DNA of 64,000 nt from Camelus dromedarius (lineage: Eukaryota), in assembly GCF_036321535.1 (NCBI RefSeq), contig NC_087436.1:77936001-78000000 (forward strand), in the 5' to 3' direction. The translations under genes were made by a program, and so were the position numbers. Of the stretch, positions 11,581 to 24,529 are shown piece after piece. Position 1 is the first letter of the stretch. The number at the start of each line of letters is the position of its first letter. The notes under the pieces are model-generated. The model saw nothing but the letters and a program-made list of their open reading frames with translations, ran no database searches and had not been told where the DNA came from.

Positions 11581-13710
11581 AAAGATATATCCAACCCATG
11601 TATGCAAGACGAATGTTCTTTCTTAAAATCAATTCAGTAAGCTGAAAAGTTGGTTGACAGACAAGATACCTTACAGGGGCAGCTAATTCAGTCGCAAAGA
11701 TATATCATGTTCTTCCAAGGACCCTGAAAAAGTTCCGCGTGACATTGATCAGCAGCAAGGAAGCAAGCGCTGGGTGATTTAAGGGATGAATGGATTTGAA
11801 AGGCATGCCTAATGGTTTCAGACCAACTAAAGCACCAGATGAAAAGCTGCCTTTTTCTAAACAGCAGATTGTGTTTGAATCAGCGACTGCTTTTGCACAA
11901 TGTTATTTACGATGAGGCAGGTGCACCAGGCCAAGGTGGTTTCAGGTGACAATTCAAATTGGGAAAGAGGGTCGGGAAAAGCTGGGTGTGGGAAGTAAAT
12001 CAAAAGCCATCCTTCAACATCTGTTTGAGGAGCTTTGTAAATCTCTACCAGAATGTCAAGTCAGCACTTCCTTTACACTCAGGAAAATGAGATAGCATAG
12101 ACAGGAATCCAAGGAAAAAAAATATAAAGTTTTTTTTTCAATCCCTATTTCATCATAGAGTGTTACAGTGAAATATTTAATAAACTCAATGCTTTTATAT
12201 TAATTACTATCATTTAGTTCCTGTTCAAATGCTGGGCATGTGTCCCAACTTAAAAAAAAAAAAAAAAGAACCACTGAGGTAGAGGAAGTCTTCCCTATCG
12301 CAATTGAACTTTGAAAGCATGTTTATTTAGTGAGGAGAGGCTTAATTTAATACCCTGGAATGACTGGTTCCCAAATTCCCATATTGATTCCAAAGGAACT
12401 TTGCACTTTGGTGAGATGCATCCTCTCTGCCTTTTTTCATTTGAGGTTCCAGAGATGGGAACGAGAAAGAGTCCACATATTTCAGCTGTACTCCAGCAGC
12501 AATCACAAGTACTTTTAGCCTCCTTTTGGCGCTGCGGGATCTCAGCATACAAGGACTGACTGTACGCTGAGAGAGTGTTTATCTAACTATGAATTTGAGT
12601 CAGGGCGAAAGTAAAAGTCAAGTTTCTGACACTATCTATAAAACATGCTTATTTTCAGCTTGAAAACATCTTGAAGATTATCTTCTCATTTCTTTCCAGC
12701 AGCATCTCTGGAAACTAGAAATGCTACACCTCAGCTAACCTCCTTGAAAAAAAGAGGTATTGTGTTGAGATTACAAACAATACAGAGTGGACAACTCAGA
12801 ATCAACTCATTTCTTTGGCTTGTGAACAAAAAGTAACTCCCAGATAAGGACGTTCTTTGGAACTGAGCCCCAAATGCTTAGTAGATTTTACAGTCAAGGG
12901 GGAAAAAACCCAGTATTTTTGAGGAAGGAAGGTCCTGTTTCTCTCTACAGTGATGAAATGGGATATTTCCTGATTTGTTACAGGTTCCCACATAAAAAAT
13001 GAACTTGCATTTTGCTTGATTTGTTCTAGATGCTACTTAAAAATCTTTACTAATTCCTAATTGATGGAGGAAGAAGATTCTGACTCAAATAATTACTATC
13101 TTTGGTTCCCTTGGGAGAAAAACAAAGCTACAATTTGTCCTCTCTTGTCTTGGGAATATCTTGTCAGCAGTTTATTAAAACATAAAACTATTCAGTACAT
13201 GGCAACTCAGAATGGGCCAGGACAGTCATTTAAAGCTTTTCTATGAGATAAATCTTGACTAGTTTTTTTTTGGTGGGAACTGATCACAGAATATGCTGAC
13301 ATTCTTCATGCATTGTTTTTAATCATCTACAATTTCCATGCAGTACCTGAACTTCACAGTAGATGGCTCCATATTCCTTGTCTTTGAAAAGGTTGGCACT
13401 TTCTAGCAGTAACAGTAGGTGTTGGTTTAGAAAAGTAAAAGAAGGACACTTGAGAGTTCTGGGGGTGAAATTTGAGAAATCAGTATTTGTGATCATGGTA
13501 AATTACTGAACTTAGGAAAGTGGCATTGCTCATGCTGATCAGTTGAAAACATACAAAGCCGGTTTTATTTCCTGTATCTTTGGTGCCATTCTATGATGAG
13601 AATTAATTGTCATTTTCCCAGAGGAATAAAAGTGATCTTCTGGATAATCAAAATCATCATTATCTAATTAAGTGCTGAACTTCTGGGGATATTGGAAATG
13701 TTCCTTTTCT

Positions 13711-13863
13711 GCATTGTTCAATACAGCCGCCACTCACCACACGCAACTATTGAGCACTTAAAATGTGACTAGGGCCCTTTTTTTAATTTAATTAACTTTA
13801 AGTTCATATATCCCCATGTGGTTATTTACTGAACAGCACTGGCTACCATTCTGAACAGCACAG
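13711..13863. mobile_element. MER3-like hAT-Charlie MITE
   Basis: ttgttcaatacagccgccact...tattgagcacttaaaatgtgactag ... tggctaccattctgaacagcacag. Confidence 0.7.
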
Positions 13864-16800
13864 ATATAGTTAGTTGAATCATTCATACATAACAGATCTT
13901 AAGCCAAATTATAGAATATCCAATGGGGAGCATCCTTTACTAAAGGGTTTATGTTCACCTCAGCAGGAAAAATGACCTGATACTTAGTGAGGACATTTAG
14001 TAAGCAAGTAGAATTTTCTACTTACATTTTATTATGGAACATAGTTAATGTGATAATTTTATTTTGGGGTTGCAAGTTCTTGAAAAAATACACATAGCCA
14101 CCTCCTCTATTCTTCCTCTTTGAAGGATACTCGCAGTCTATAAAGTGCTTTCCTTCCTTACAAGACTAATTTGTTCTTTCCCTGTGTTAAACTAATTTTT
14201 ATACCAGGGCTTCCTAATAAAATTTGAATCAATTGAATGATTTCTAGATGCAGACATACTATGAAATGAAATAGTAAATACACCAATCTAAGAGAAAAAT
14301 GGTCAAAAGGCTGGTTTAAAAAATGACAGAATAGTAACACTGACTTCAAAGATCAAACTATTTTTCCTGACTCCCTTCTTGATAATCAGCTTTTAAAATA
14401 CACTCATAGGAAAAAAAAAAAAAGAAAAGCAAAACCCAGCTCAAGAAAATAATAAAGCTCTGTATAATTTTAATGAATAAAAAGAAATATCACTCTCCTC
14501 TCTTCATTTCCACACACCCAGAAAGTAGCTGAACATCTAACTGTAGACCATTACTTCATGGGTACAAATGAATGCAGTGATAGCACAGCAAAATAAACCA
14601 GTTAACACATAAATCATCCAGTTTGACACCTCATCAATTTCACAGCCATTGCCAGTATAGTGAGGGAGTAAGTGACTTGTCAGGGCTCCAGACTGGCCAG
14701 AATCCTAGTTTCTCTATTCCCAAGGCAGAAATGTGCCCAGCACTAGACTACATCTCTTGTTTTAGGAAAATTAAGGGTTGCACAAATCTGATTTTTGTAG
14801 ATTTAACTGGAAAACCAAAATGGACAACTATAGTTCTTGAAAAGTGAAAGGGAGATAACACCTGAATTCAACCACTAAAGACAAAAATCCCCTCAATCTT
14901 CAGGATTTTCAACAGCCCAATTTGTCTCTCTAAAACCTCACAAAATGTTATAATGGCCTTTTCACTTACTATTTGTAGCATCAGAAACAAGGCTTTAAAC
15001 CCCTGCTTCAGGGACCCTAGGTTCTTCTCCTAAGTAAGGGAGAACACCCTCATTTCCCCATCTCCCGCCCAAGCAGATACTCTCTTTGGGGTCACCCAAA
15101 TGCTCCTCTGAAGTCCACTTCTTCCAGGTCACATTTGGAGACTGATAAAGTTGATCCCACCACTTCCTCTGCCATACTGGGTACCTCACCAACAAAGTCA
15201 ACCTAGCTTCGCCTCATCAATTTTCTCGCCATTTCTTTTTTCCCTAGATAGGTATTATTCAACTGATTTTTTCTGGACTATTGTAGTTTATTAGCCAGTA
15301 GTTAACACTGTAAGAATGTAATGTTAGTAGTAATATAAGAAATGTGTATTATTATGATAAATAGATACTTAGGAATATTTAATAATATATGCCTAAGAAT
15401 GAATTAAATTTAAAAAGATAATAAATATAAATGTTTTATGATGATTTTCTATTCCAAAAGACAGTATCATCCCACGTATTAGAATAAATATCTGGTGGAG
15501 TATATAAAATGGAGCAAGACTGAAAATGCACCATGGGAGAAATAAACTCTAAGCATTTAACACCTCATTAGACCACTGGAAAGTACAAAGCTTAGTAGCC
15601 AGAAATGTTGCCACCTCTAGGAAAACAAAGGATTGACCAACATGTCCTGGAAGAATGTCAACAAGAAACTTGCTAATCAGTAGCTGATCTTCACTTTGCC
15701 AGAAAATCTGCTTGAAAGGCAGATTAACTAATAATTAATTAATAGGGCACTGCTTGTGAACCTTGATTTCTGTCAAAAGTGCCCTAGGTCCTCCTTGGCT
15801 CAACCACTGTCCCCTGAAAAATAACACAGCCATTAATGATCTGCTCCACTTTTTGTTATGAACATCTTAACAGCCAAGATTTTTTTATTACTTCCTTTGA
15901 GGAATCGATTTCTACATTTGCTCTAAACCTCACCTGACTACTTGTTTTCCTCCCAAATCTCCAATCAGGCATATACTCTGGTTAACTGTAACCTCCTTGC
16001 TTCCCATAGGCTTATCACGACGGTCTGTGTTTTAAATTAAGACACAGCCATCACATGCTAGGCTCCGGCTACTGTTTGGGAGGAAAGAATAATTATTCAC
16101 CCCATCTGAGTCTGACTGTACTAGACATCATTCAAGAGAGCAAAACCCTGATCCCTGAACTCTTCCCCTTTATGCACCCGGTTCAGGGACCCTCCCTTGG
16201 CCATGAGACATCATCCAGGGCTAAATATAGATCTACGCACACCAGCAGTTCTGACCGTCGTCACATGGTGCTGCTGACGAAGGACTCCTTGGAGACGCGT
16301 TCGACCCAAACACACATACACAAATCGGTGTGCATATTCATCTATACACACACCATACCCACTCAATTCATCGGTGAAGACGGACACATCTACATTTAGG
16401 AGAAAGTCGCTCTCTAGAAATCTCTTTCTGCTATTTACTACACTTGTGCCGCCCTCTGCACCGTCAGAGGACTTAGCTACGTTGCTCCTTGCTCTTGTCT
16501 GAATTGCGCCGATCAGGTGGGGTAAGATGGGAATCAATATTCCAGTGGTACGCGTTCAGTCAGACAGACACACGTACACTCCAGCCCCCCTGTTCCGCCC
16601 CTTTTCTCTTGTACAGCACTGAAATTGTTTCCACGGTTCCCCTAGAAAGAGGCGCCTTCCTCCCGCTAGCAGCCCGGGGGGCTCCCAAGTACCCCCAGTT
16701 CACGTTATCATCGCCTGGCCAGGTGACCCGAGGCGACTCACCTGAGCTCAGGCAAGAGCAAGACGACATGTAGTGTCCCCAAGTTTGCCAGCTGAACGGA

Positions 16801-17436
16801 GGAATGAAACAATTTCACTTCGTCAGTGGCGAACACATAACTTCTGTTCCCTTGTCTCTTCCCAAGAGTTAGACCTTAGATTATAAGGCTCCGACACCAA
16901 AAATAAACAGTTCCCCCCACCCACCCACTCACGAAAACTAGCCAAAAAGTAGGAAACAACCTAGCTGAGCACAGGAAGGGAGGAGAGGACGAAGAAAGGA
17001 TGAACGCTACTAGAACTCACACAAATCCTCAAAAACTACCAAGAGCTCGGAACAGAAAGCCTGGCTGCGGGACGAGGGTGAAAGAAGCAAGCCAAAACCC
17101 AAGCCTGTCCCCGCCCTGGCCCCAGTGGCTGGGCCCCGCACCTGTTGGCACCGGGTGCGCTCCCAGGGACACCCCCGACGCCCTCGGCGGCCAGGCAGGC
17201 GGACTCCTACGGTCCCCTGCTTTTGCGGGGGGCTTTGCACCAATCAGCGCTCGCTGGCCCTGGCTCTCCCGCCGCCTCCAGGGGCACCGGCAGCCGGGGC
17301 GCAGTCAGAGAGCTTGGCTCGCTCCGCGCCCAGCTCCCCGGTCCCCGGAGAGTGCACAGCGCGCAGGAGGGTCGTGCGTTCCCGCTGCCGGGCTCGGGTT
17401 TCTCCTGGGAGAACTGATGACCGGAGAACAACCCAC

Positions 17437-17590
17437 CTGCAGATGGACCCCGGGTCCTCGAACTTCCCGGCTGTTTGCCGCGCGCCCACCAACGCAACCA
17501 AAGGACAGGGAGCGAAAGCGCGCGGGAAGAAGGAAAAAGATTCCGCCCAACCAGTCGGATGCCTTGTTTATACTGAAACTACAGCCGCAG
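17437..17590 (-). other. RASGEF1B: RASGEF1B non-coding exon 1 (5'UTR); 3' end exact, 5' end/TSS approximate
   Basis: Strong donor CAG|gtgggt at 17437/17436 inside the CpG island. Joined to exon 2 it gives ...CTGCAG|GAAAGCATG. No upstream ATG in this segment. Implied intron 1 is 6054-17436 (11,383 nt). Confidence 0.78.
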
Positions 17591-17700
17591 CCGCCGCGCA
17601 CACCCCCTTCCTCCCAGCGCCCGCCTCCCGCCGCCAGCCCCGCCCCGCACGACCAATCACGGCGCAGCTTACCGCCCACTCTGCCACCGCCCCCGGCGCC
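17474..17700 (-). promoter_or_regulatory. Core promoter motifs: TATAAA (minus, 17567-17572), CCAAT (17653-17657), GC boxes (~17638-17647, ~17687-17693), E2F-type sites TTTGCCGC (17474-17481) and GCGGGAA (17522-17528)
   Basis: Motifs read directly from the sequence. Function is inferred from position; the TATAAA may lie inside the 5'UTR rather than upstream of the TSS. Confidence 0.55.
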
Positions 17701-18039
17701 CGGGTCCCGTCCATGCGTCCCTGGGGGCCGGCGACTCCAGTGGCGCGGTTGCCCGGGTGCCCTCCTACGCTGCGGAGGCCGGCGGCCGCCGCGCAGCCGT
17801 GTTTACCAGCGCCGGTTGGGCTCGCTCCGCCGCCGTGCGCTTCCTCCTGGGTGCACCTGCCGGGGGCTGTTTGTGCAGTCATGTGTATGCCTGTGTGTGT
17901 TCATTTACCTGTGTGCTACCTGTAAATACCGGCCCGACTTGTTATACAGTATCTATTAACATAATTATGAGCTAGAGGTTACTGTCCGTGTAACTTTCAG
18001 AAGAGAGCTGAGAGAAACCACAAGAACATTCCCTCAGCG

Positions 18040-18280
18040 AATATTTATGAAAACCTGAGTGCTAGGTGTTGTGTAAAACGCTGGGGGCACACTCCAGGCA
18101 AAAATAGACGGCTCCCTGTCATGAAGCTTATAGTCTGGTAGAGGAAAAACGTTAAGCAAATGGTCACCCAAATACAATGTAAAAGTGCGGCTGTTCTAAG
18201 TTCCACAGAGAAAGGGAACCTGTGCTGTGAAATACGATTCTGGAGGCAGAGGGGAGATCTGTCCTCAGTAAAGGCTGTGC
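18040..18280 (-). mobile_element. L2 fragment
   Basis: atatttatgaaaacctgagtgctagg...ccctgtcatgaagcttatagtctggtagagga, an L2 3' region signature. Confidence 0.6.
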
Positions 18281-19274
18281 TGCCATGGTAACCGTATACT
18301 CTTATCAGAGGATACTTGATAACTGAAAAAAGGTAAAAACCCCAATCCTTCACCTTGTACAAATAAAAAGAGGCTGGAGGGAAGAAACAACTAAACAAGG
18401 GAAGGAGGAGACGGAGAAAGAAGGAAACCTTCAAATAGCAGGAGACTCTCTTGCCTGCTTTGTGACCTTAAGTAGTTTTCTGAGCTTCAGCTTTCCCGTG
18501 TGTAGAACAACACTGCTCATACCTGTCCTATAATGCTATAGTTAGGATTACTGCGGTGGAGGAACCTCTTTGTCCCTGCTCCGTCTCCCACCCCCACCCC
18601 CCAACTCTCCTTCCCCGGGATGGAGACAGTCATTTTGCCTAAACTTAGCTGGTGCCTCCTCTCATTCTCTTCATCTGTGCCTCCTCTCATGTCTCTTTCT
18701 CTAATTATACTCCCTCCTCCTCTTCTGCAGACGGGTCTTCCCTGACTCAGAAATCCACTCTCACCTATTTGAGCTTCTCTGCAGTTTAAAGAAAGTCGAA
18801 AGTCCAAGTGAAATTGGCCCGGCCAGCTATTCAGCGTAAAGCATGGAGGCTTGGCTGGCCCATGCTGTTGTGGTTGTGCTGGTTGGTTATTCTTTCAAGC
18901 TTAGTTTTCCATCCTGGTTTTGCAACAAACAAGCCATAGGAGGTTGGGCAAGTCATTTACAATCTTGAGGTTCCTGGTCCTGTAGCAATAAATTAAAGGA
19001 GTTGGACTAAATCCTGATTTCTTAATGGAAATATCTGACATCACCTTTGTAACCTCTGGATACACCCACCAGCCCAGAAGATTTTGCCTAGCTTTACTTT
19101 CTGAAGTATTTTTTCCCCACCAAAACCAAAGATGTTTATTTTAATTTCTAAAAAATATAAGATGGATCCTATGATACTATTGATTCAATGCTTTACTAAA
19201 CCGCATTCTTGCTCCCCATTCTGGCCGGTCCCCCAGGGCCCCTTCCAGCTCCTGTCTGAGAGGTAATACACAAG

Positions 19275-19800
19275 GAGACAGCTCCAGAGTCAGGTGGCCA
19301 AACCCTGATCCTGTCTCGACCACTGAGCCAGCATCAAACCTTAGTAAAGGCAAGGAAGGATTCTGGGCCCCAGTTTACTCATCTGAAAAATAGCAATCAC
19401 GGTTTCTTCACAGAAGAAGATGAAAAGAGATAATACAGGAAACTAGTTGGGAACCATGTCCCTCAGAGAAGTCTTTCCTGACCTCCCTATTTCAAACTGC
19501 AGTCACCCCCACTACATCTGGTCCTTCCCTGTGTTGTTGTCGTTTCCTCCATAGGACTTACCACAATTAACATTCTGTATATTTTACTTATTTTTGCCTC
19601 CCTCCCTTCACCAGAATATAAGCTCCAGAAGAGCTTGGTATGTTGTTGTCATTATAGTTGTTGTTTTCCTGCCGTATTTCTGATGTCTAGAATACTGTCT
19701 CATACCTAATAAGCACTTAATGAATACATGTTGGTTGGATGAATGAACGAATGCCTAGTACATGGTAAGCACTTAATAAGTAATAGCTATTATGATTATG
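19275..19800 (+). mobile_element. MIR interrupted by a nested L2 3' fragment (~19458-19750)
   Basis: MIR core (cagtttactcatctgaaaaat) breaks at ~19457. L2 follows and ends in gaatgaa repeats, then the MIR tail resumes (tgcctagtacatggtaagcacttaataag...gctattat). Confidence 0.7.
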
Positions 19801-20049
19801 TATTAATTATTCTCTATCATGAAAAGATATTCTTTCTATTCTCTACTTGTCAGTTTCTTTCTGCTCTTTTGACTCCATTGGCTCAACTCTTGTCTCTGTA
19901 AATGTTGCTGAGCTCAATAGTACCAATCAAACTAATGAAAATAAACACTTGCTGAGTAGGACCCCACTCCAGTAATAAAAATAACCACTTGTATTGAGCT
20001 TCCGCTATGTGGCTGGCTCTTTGCTAAACATTATTTTTCTATTTCTCTC

Positions 20050-20415
20050 CTCTTGGACCTCGGGTACACAAAATTAGAACAATCATCATGACTGATCCAT
20101 GTCCAACATTCTTCCTTTTATTTTAGTCTCTTTCATTTCCCATCTAAGATCCCACTTTTCACTGTCCCCAAGGCACTTTCCTTCACACTGTATTTAGTGT
20201 GAGTTTTTCAATCTGCCTTTCATGAACAATGACGGTATTGTTTTATGTGAGTACCACATGAGTATACCTGTCTAGATGTTATCATGCAGTCCATGTCATT
20301 CAGTTTCTCACTGTTTCCTCGCTAAGTTTTGATTTTGATCATCTATCCATGTTGACAAATATTGATATTGTTCACTCCATTTATTTGCTGTTGAGTATTT
20401 CAGCATATTTGTGTA
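20050..20415 (-). mobile_element. Ancient L1 (L1ME-like) fragment
   Basis: atctatccatgttgac...gttcactccatttatttgctgttgagtatttc, a typical antisense old L1 3' region. Confidence 0.55.
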
Positions 20416-20424
20416 ATGAATTTT

Positions 20425-20600
20425 TTGCTTACATTATCTTTCATCCTCACCAAGACCCTGAGATACAGAAACTATTTTCTCTATTTCTCAGATGAAGGAA
20501 TGAGGCTTAGGAAGGTAAATAACTTGCCAAGGCCACTCAGCTGGAGAAGCCATGAATTAAACCCATGTCTCTCTGATTCCAAAGTTCCCATCTTCCCACT
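20425..20600 (-). mobile_element. MIR
   Basis: cagatgaaggaatgaggcttaggaaggtaaataacttgccaaggccactcagct core. Confidence 0.75.
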
Positions 20601-22552
20601 CTAGAAAATGGATTTAATTACTTAGTGCAAGATTTATGAAATAATGTCTGAAAAAAATCTACTTTTAATTTGAGTCATTTTACATGCCCTAGATATTGCT
20701 GTTAAAACTAGTAGATGTGTGTATTTAAGTTAAACCAGAGGCTGTTTCTTATCATTGCAAAGCAATGTTTATTATTTGTCTCAGACACAAGTTTAATATC
20801 ATTATTTGTAGTTTATGATTTTCTTAAAACACTTGAACTTTAAATGAAAATCTCACAAAGCATAACTTCCTTAAAATACTTAAAACTTATCCTGTGGAAG
20901 AGGAATGAAGTTCCAGGACACCAGGCAGGACTAAAGAGGGAAAAGCGTCAGGGGATGGACCATGGCTTCAGGGTAAGAGAAACATTAACTGTATTCCATG
21001 TGGAATGGCAGCCTTTTTCAAGATTAAATTCCCTCTCTCTGGATCTTGAAGGGCCTCGTGAAATGGCCAAGTAACTCTCCAAAACACCTCCACATATTTT
21101 CTGTCATTTAGTTTCTTAATGTCACTCTGGAAACTTTACGCCAGTTTATAAATGGCAGAAAATGAAGGCATTGGTCACAGCCCATCTAGACCATAGCCTC
21201 AGCCTTCTCAATTTCAAAGCCAAGGAAGACAAACCTATTTTTCATAAATATAACATACTGTTTCTCATGTATCTTGACAAGAGATTGCAAGAATTTCGTA
21301 AAGAAAAAAATGTGAAGAATGATCAGATGCAATTCTGAGGAAATCATTTTAACAGTTCCCAAGCAAGGTAGGTTAATATAAATTTGTAGCTGGTTAACTT
21401 ATCCTTTAGCATTTCTGAACTAATCACAGCTTCTCTGGAACACATAAACCCAATTATTATTTTTTTAAACAGTTTAAAAATAAACAAAGCCATATAGTAC
21501 CTACAGTACTGCACAGACACCAAAGTATTTATTTTATGTAAAAAGGAAGGAGGGAAGAAATAGCAACTGCACAGAGAATAGATTTAAAGGAAAAAAAAAA
21601 AAAAAAAAAAGATCCTACCCCCAGCCCTGCCCCTTTCACCAAGGAGGAGGAAACACTCTAGTGTTGTGGCTAAGTAGAGACTAAGACATTCTGGAGCCAT
21701 AGGTCTCATTTCTCCAGATCCAGGCTCCATTTCTTGGGAACCCCTCTCTTTGGACTCTCTCCCATCTGCAATAGTATGTTGAGGGCAGGTCAGTTAGACC
21801 AGCTTGACTCTAGACCTTGGAAAAACTCCTTATCTTCCCTTGCTTTTTAGCATGATTTTCCTTGACTTCCCTTTCCTCATCACCTGAGAGCCTGAAGTGA
21901 AAGGGGGAAGGAGGCTGCTTGACATGCTTTGGTTTCGGTCCCTCTTCCTGCTTCTAGCCTGAATAAACAGAATTCTCCCCATGGGCCAACCTAGCTTACA
22001 AGGGGGTCATGTTGGATTTTCATAGTGATAAAGTGTGTATGTGTTTGGCATTGACCTACATACATACACTTCCCCGGAACCTGAAAGAAGGATGATGAAG
22101 GCAGGACGTGAAGATTTAGATATTCAAGATCCTGAGTCCCTACCCAGGCACGTCAATCCTTTCATAACTAGAAAATGAACTCTGCCACTTAGAAGGGATT
22201 TTTGTGATGAAACACATGATTGGTTCAGCTTTGGAATGGTCTCCTCAATAATTCCTAATAATTGTTACGTCTTTTCACATTCATTGCCTCATTTAGGAAG
22301 ACTATTATGTCAGTGACAGTCACTGCGTTCTAACAGTGGTCATTACAGAGGTATGTGTTTTCTTTTCCTGGGATCACTAAAAATACTGCAGACAGCCATT
22401 GATTTAGATTTGCTAAGAAGATACTACTAAATAGAAAAGATAAGTTCAGGGAGGTTTCTTCCACATATCCATGTGATCCTCTTTCACTGTCACTTTTTGT
22501 CTGCCAGATCTTAAAGTTGAACAAAAGAATGTAATGACTGCATGAGAAGTTC

Positions 22553-23013
22553 TGTTACCAACCTGGGCCCTTGGACTCTTTAATCAATAGAAATTGATAT
22601 GAGGCCAGATGAAAACGTCAGGCAAGACTTTACTGGGGCTCCTGTTGCAGCACAGGAGAGTGAAAGCAAGAGTCAATTGCCCATGCTTGCTCCCTGAAAG
22701 GAGCTGCTTGGATCTTAAGTGGATTAACAATGGGGGCTGAACAGAAGGCTTGGCTTAGGTGGTCTGCCCACCCAGTTGGTGGTGCCCCGTGCAGGGACCA
22801 TGCACGGTACCCTGCTTTTGCTCCCGACACCTAGAAACTGCAGTCGGCTTGTGGTCTTTTTGTATTTTATTGTTCATAATTGTCCCAACTGACATGTTTG
22901 CAGCTATTTTTAGTCCCTTACAGTTGTGTTGCATTCTGTTGCTGGAGGAGATGTTTGTCCAGGTGCAAGCACCCCGGTGAAGGGTCTCATGTCCTGGGTC
23001 CCAGCCTATCTCA
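22553..23013 (-). mobile_element. ERV1-class solo LTR, MER41-like (cetartiodactyl type), 461 bp
   Basis: TG...CA termini and perfect 4-bp TSD GTTC (22549-22552 and 23014-23017). Minus-strand start TGAGATAGGCTGGGACC; AGTAAA and ATTAAA signals near the 3' end. Family name is from recall. Confidence 0.85.
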
Positions 23014-24529
23014 GTTCCACAACAGGTACAGTAGGTTTTCAAGGTCCTCTAGGAAGATGTAAAAATTTGCTATATCTTCATTTATACTAGACAAGAACTG
23101 TGAACGGCACATTACTTATTTTTCCTTTATATGCATTGTTATTTTGCTCTTTTGTCAATTCTTATTTACTCTTACAAAGTAATTATTTTTAACATCCCCT
23201 GGAGGGATAATGATATTGAGAAATAAAATAACTTGGCCTGATCATAAGGTCATGAGATAGTGTCATCATCACTGATCACATAATGCATAGTGACTTATTT
23301 TCTCTCTACGAACAAACCATTTCATAACTTTAAACACACATTATTTTGGTATGATGTATCACTCTTTGGAGTAGACATTCAGCTATGTTTAACATGAGTT
23401 TATTGAGATAAATATTCTTCATCCTGTAAAATCTTTATAGTGAAAAATAAATATACATATATTTCTCTAGTTCTAATTTCTCTTTCTAGTGGTTTTTGTC
23501 TGGTTGCCTGTGAATGAGTTGATCTTACAACTTAAGAAAAGATTTTTCTGTTTCAAATTCTTATAGCCTTTAATGTTAAGTGTGATTATTTTGCTAGAAA
23601 ATTCCCTCAGTTTTGACTAATTGCCAATCTATGTCCTAGAACATTAAGTGGGGAGGGAGAAAATGAATAATAGAATAATAAAATTTTAGAGCTGGGAGAA
23701 ATATTAATGATCATCTCTTTTAATCTTTCCCCACCCTAGTGCCACCAACCAAGGCATTTTTGAGGTGAGAAAATTGAATTTTAGAGAGATTAAATGATCT
23801 CTCCAAGGCTATCCAACAAGATAGCAGCCAAGTTACACAAGTTGAAGAGTCTGGATGATAAGCCGAAGACTTCAAAAACAGCACGATTTTTCTTCCTGAT
23901 TGTTCCTGCAGGGCTGAAATCTGTGGAACTACTTCAACGTTACAGAAGTATAATTTGTTTTCAAATATTTATGACAACTATTCTCTACTAAATACTTCTT
24001 GATGAAATGATAAAGGAGAATTCTTCAGATGTTTCTAGTATCTTGAATTAGAATCCTCTAAATATTCCTAATGCCATTTATCTTATTTAATATTCAAGAT
24101 AATGAAATAGTAAAGCCTTAGTTGCTTCATCATTAAAGTTACCATAGTCTAGACTATTAATCAGACTTCATAAACTATATTCAAGAAATTATGCTAATCA
24201 AAAAGCTTCTCTAATAAGCATTTACTGTTGTCATCATGAAGACCTATATCTCAGGTATTTTCTGTTTAATATAATGAAATAATTGATTTTCATAAGTCTG
24301 TATCATTTTTCATAAATATTACAGCATTGTTATGATTTCTAGATAATTCTGTGAAGTTTAAGTTTGCAAATTGTCCAAACATTCATTTTGACTCATGGAT
24401 AATCATTATTTTCATTGTAAAATCAGCATTTCTGTACAATATATTTAAATATTGCTGTGAAAAAACATGATGCTAAGTATATTTTTCTACACAAAAACAA
24501 ATGGAGCAGAGCACACAGTCTCACTATTT

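Larger units (their letters stand above)
17040..17880. promoter_or_regulatory. CpG island / RASGEF1B promoter (weaker CpG enrichment extends to ~16200)
   Basis: Very GC- and CpG-rich against an AT-rich, CpG-poor background; spans exon 1 and the start of intron 1. Confidence 0.92.

Noticed and set aside
17396..17405. kB-like GGGTTTCTCC at the start of intron 1
   Set aside because: Mismatches the GGGRNWYYCC consensus; too weak to call without binding data.
17000..17959. 319-aa and 266-aa plus-strand ORFs over the promoter
   Set aside because: Pro/Arg/Gly/Ala-rich with no recognisable domain; several frames are open at once, as expected in a CpG island; antisense to RASGEF1B exon 1.
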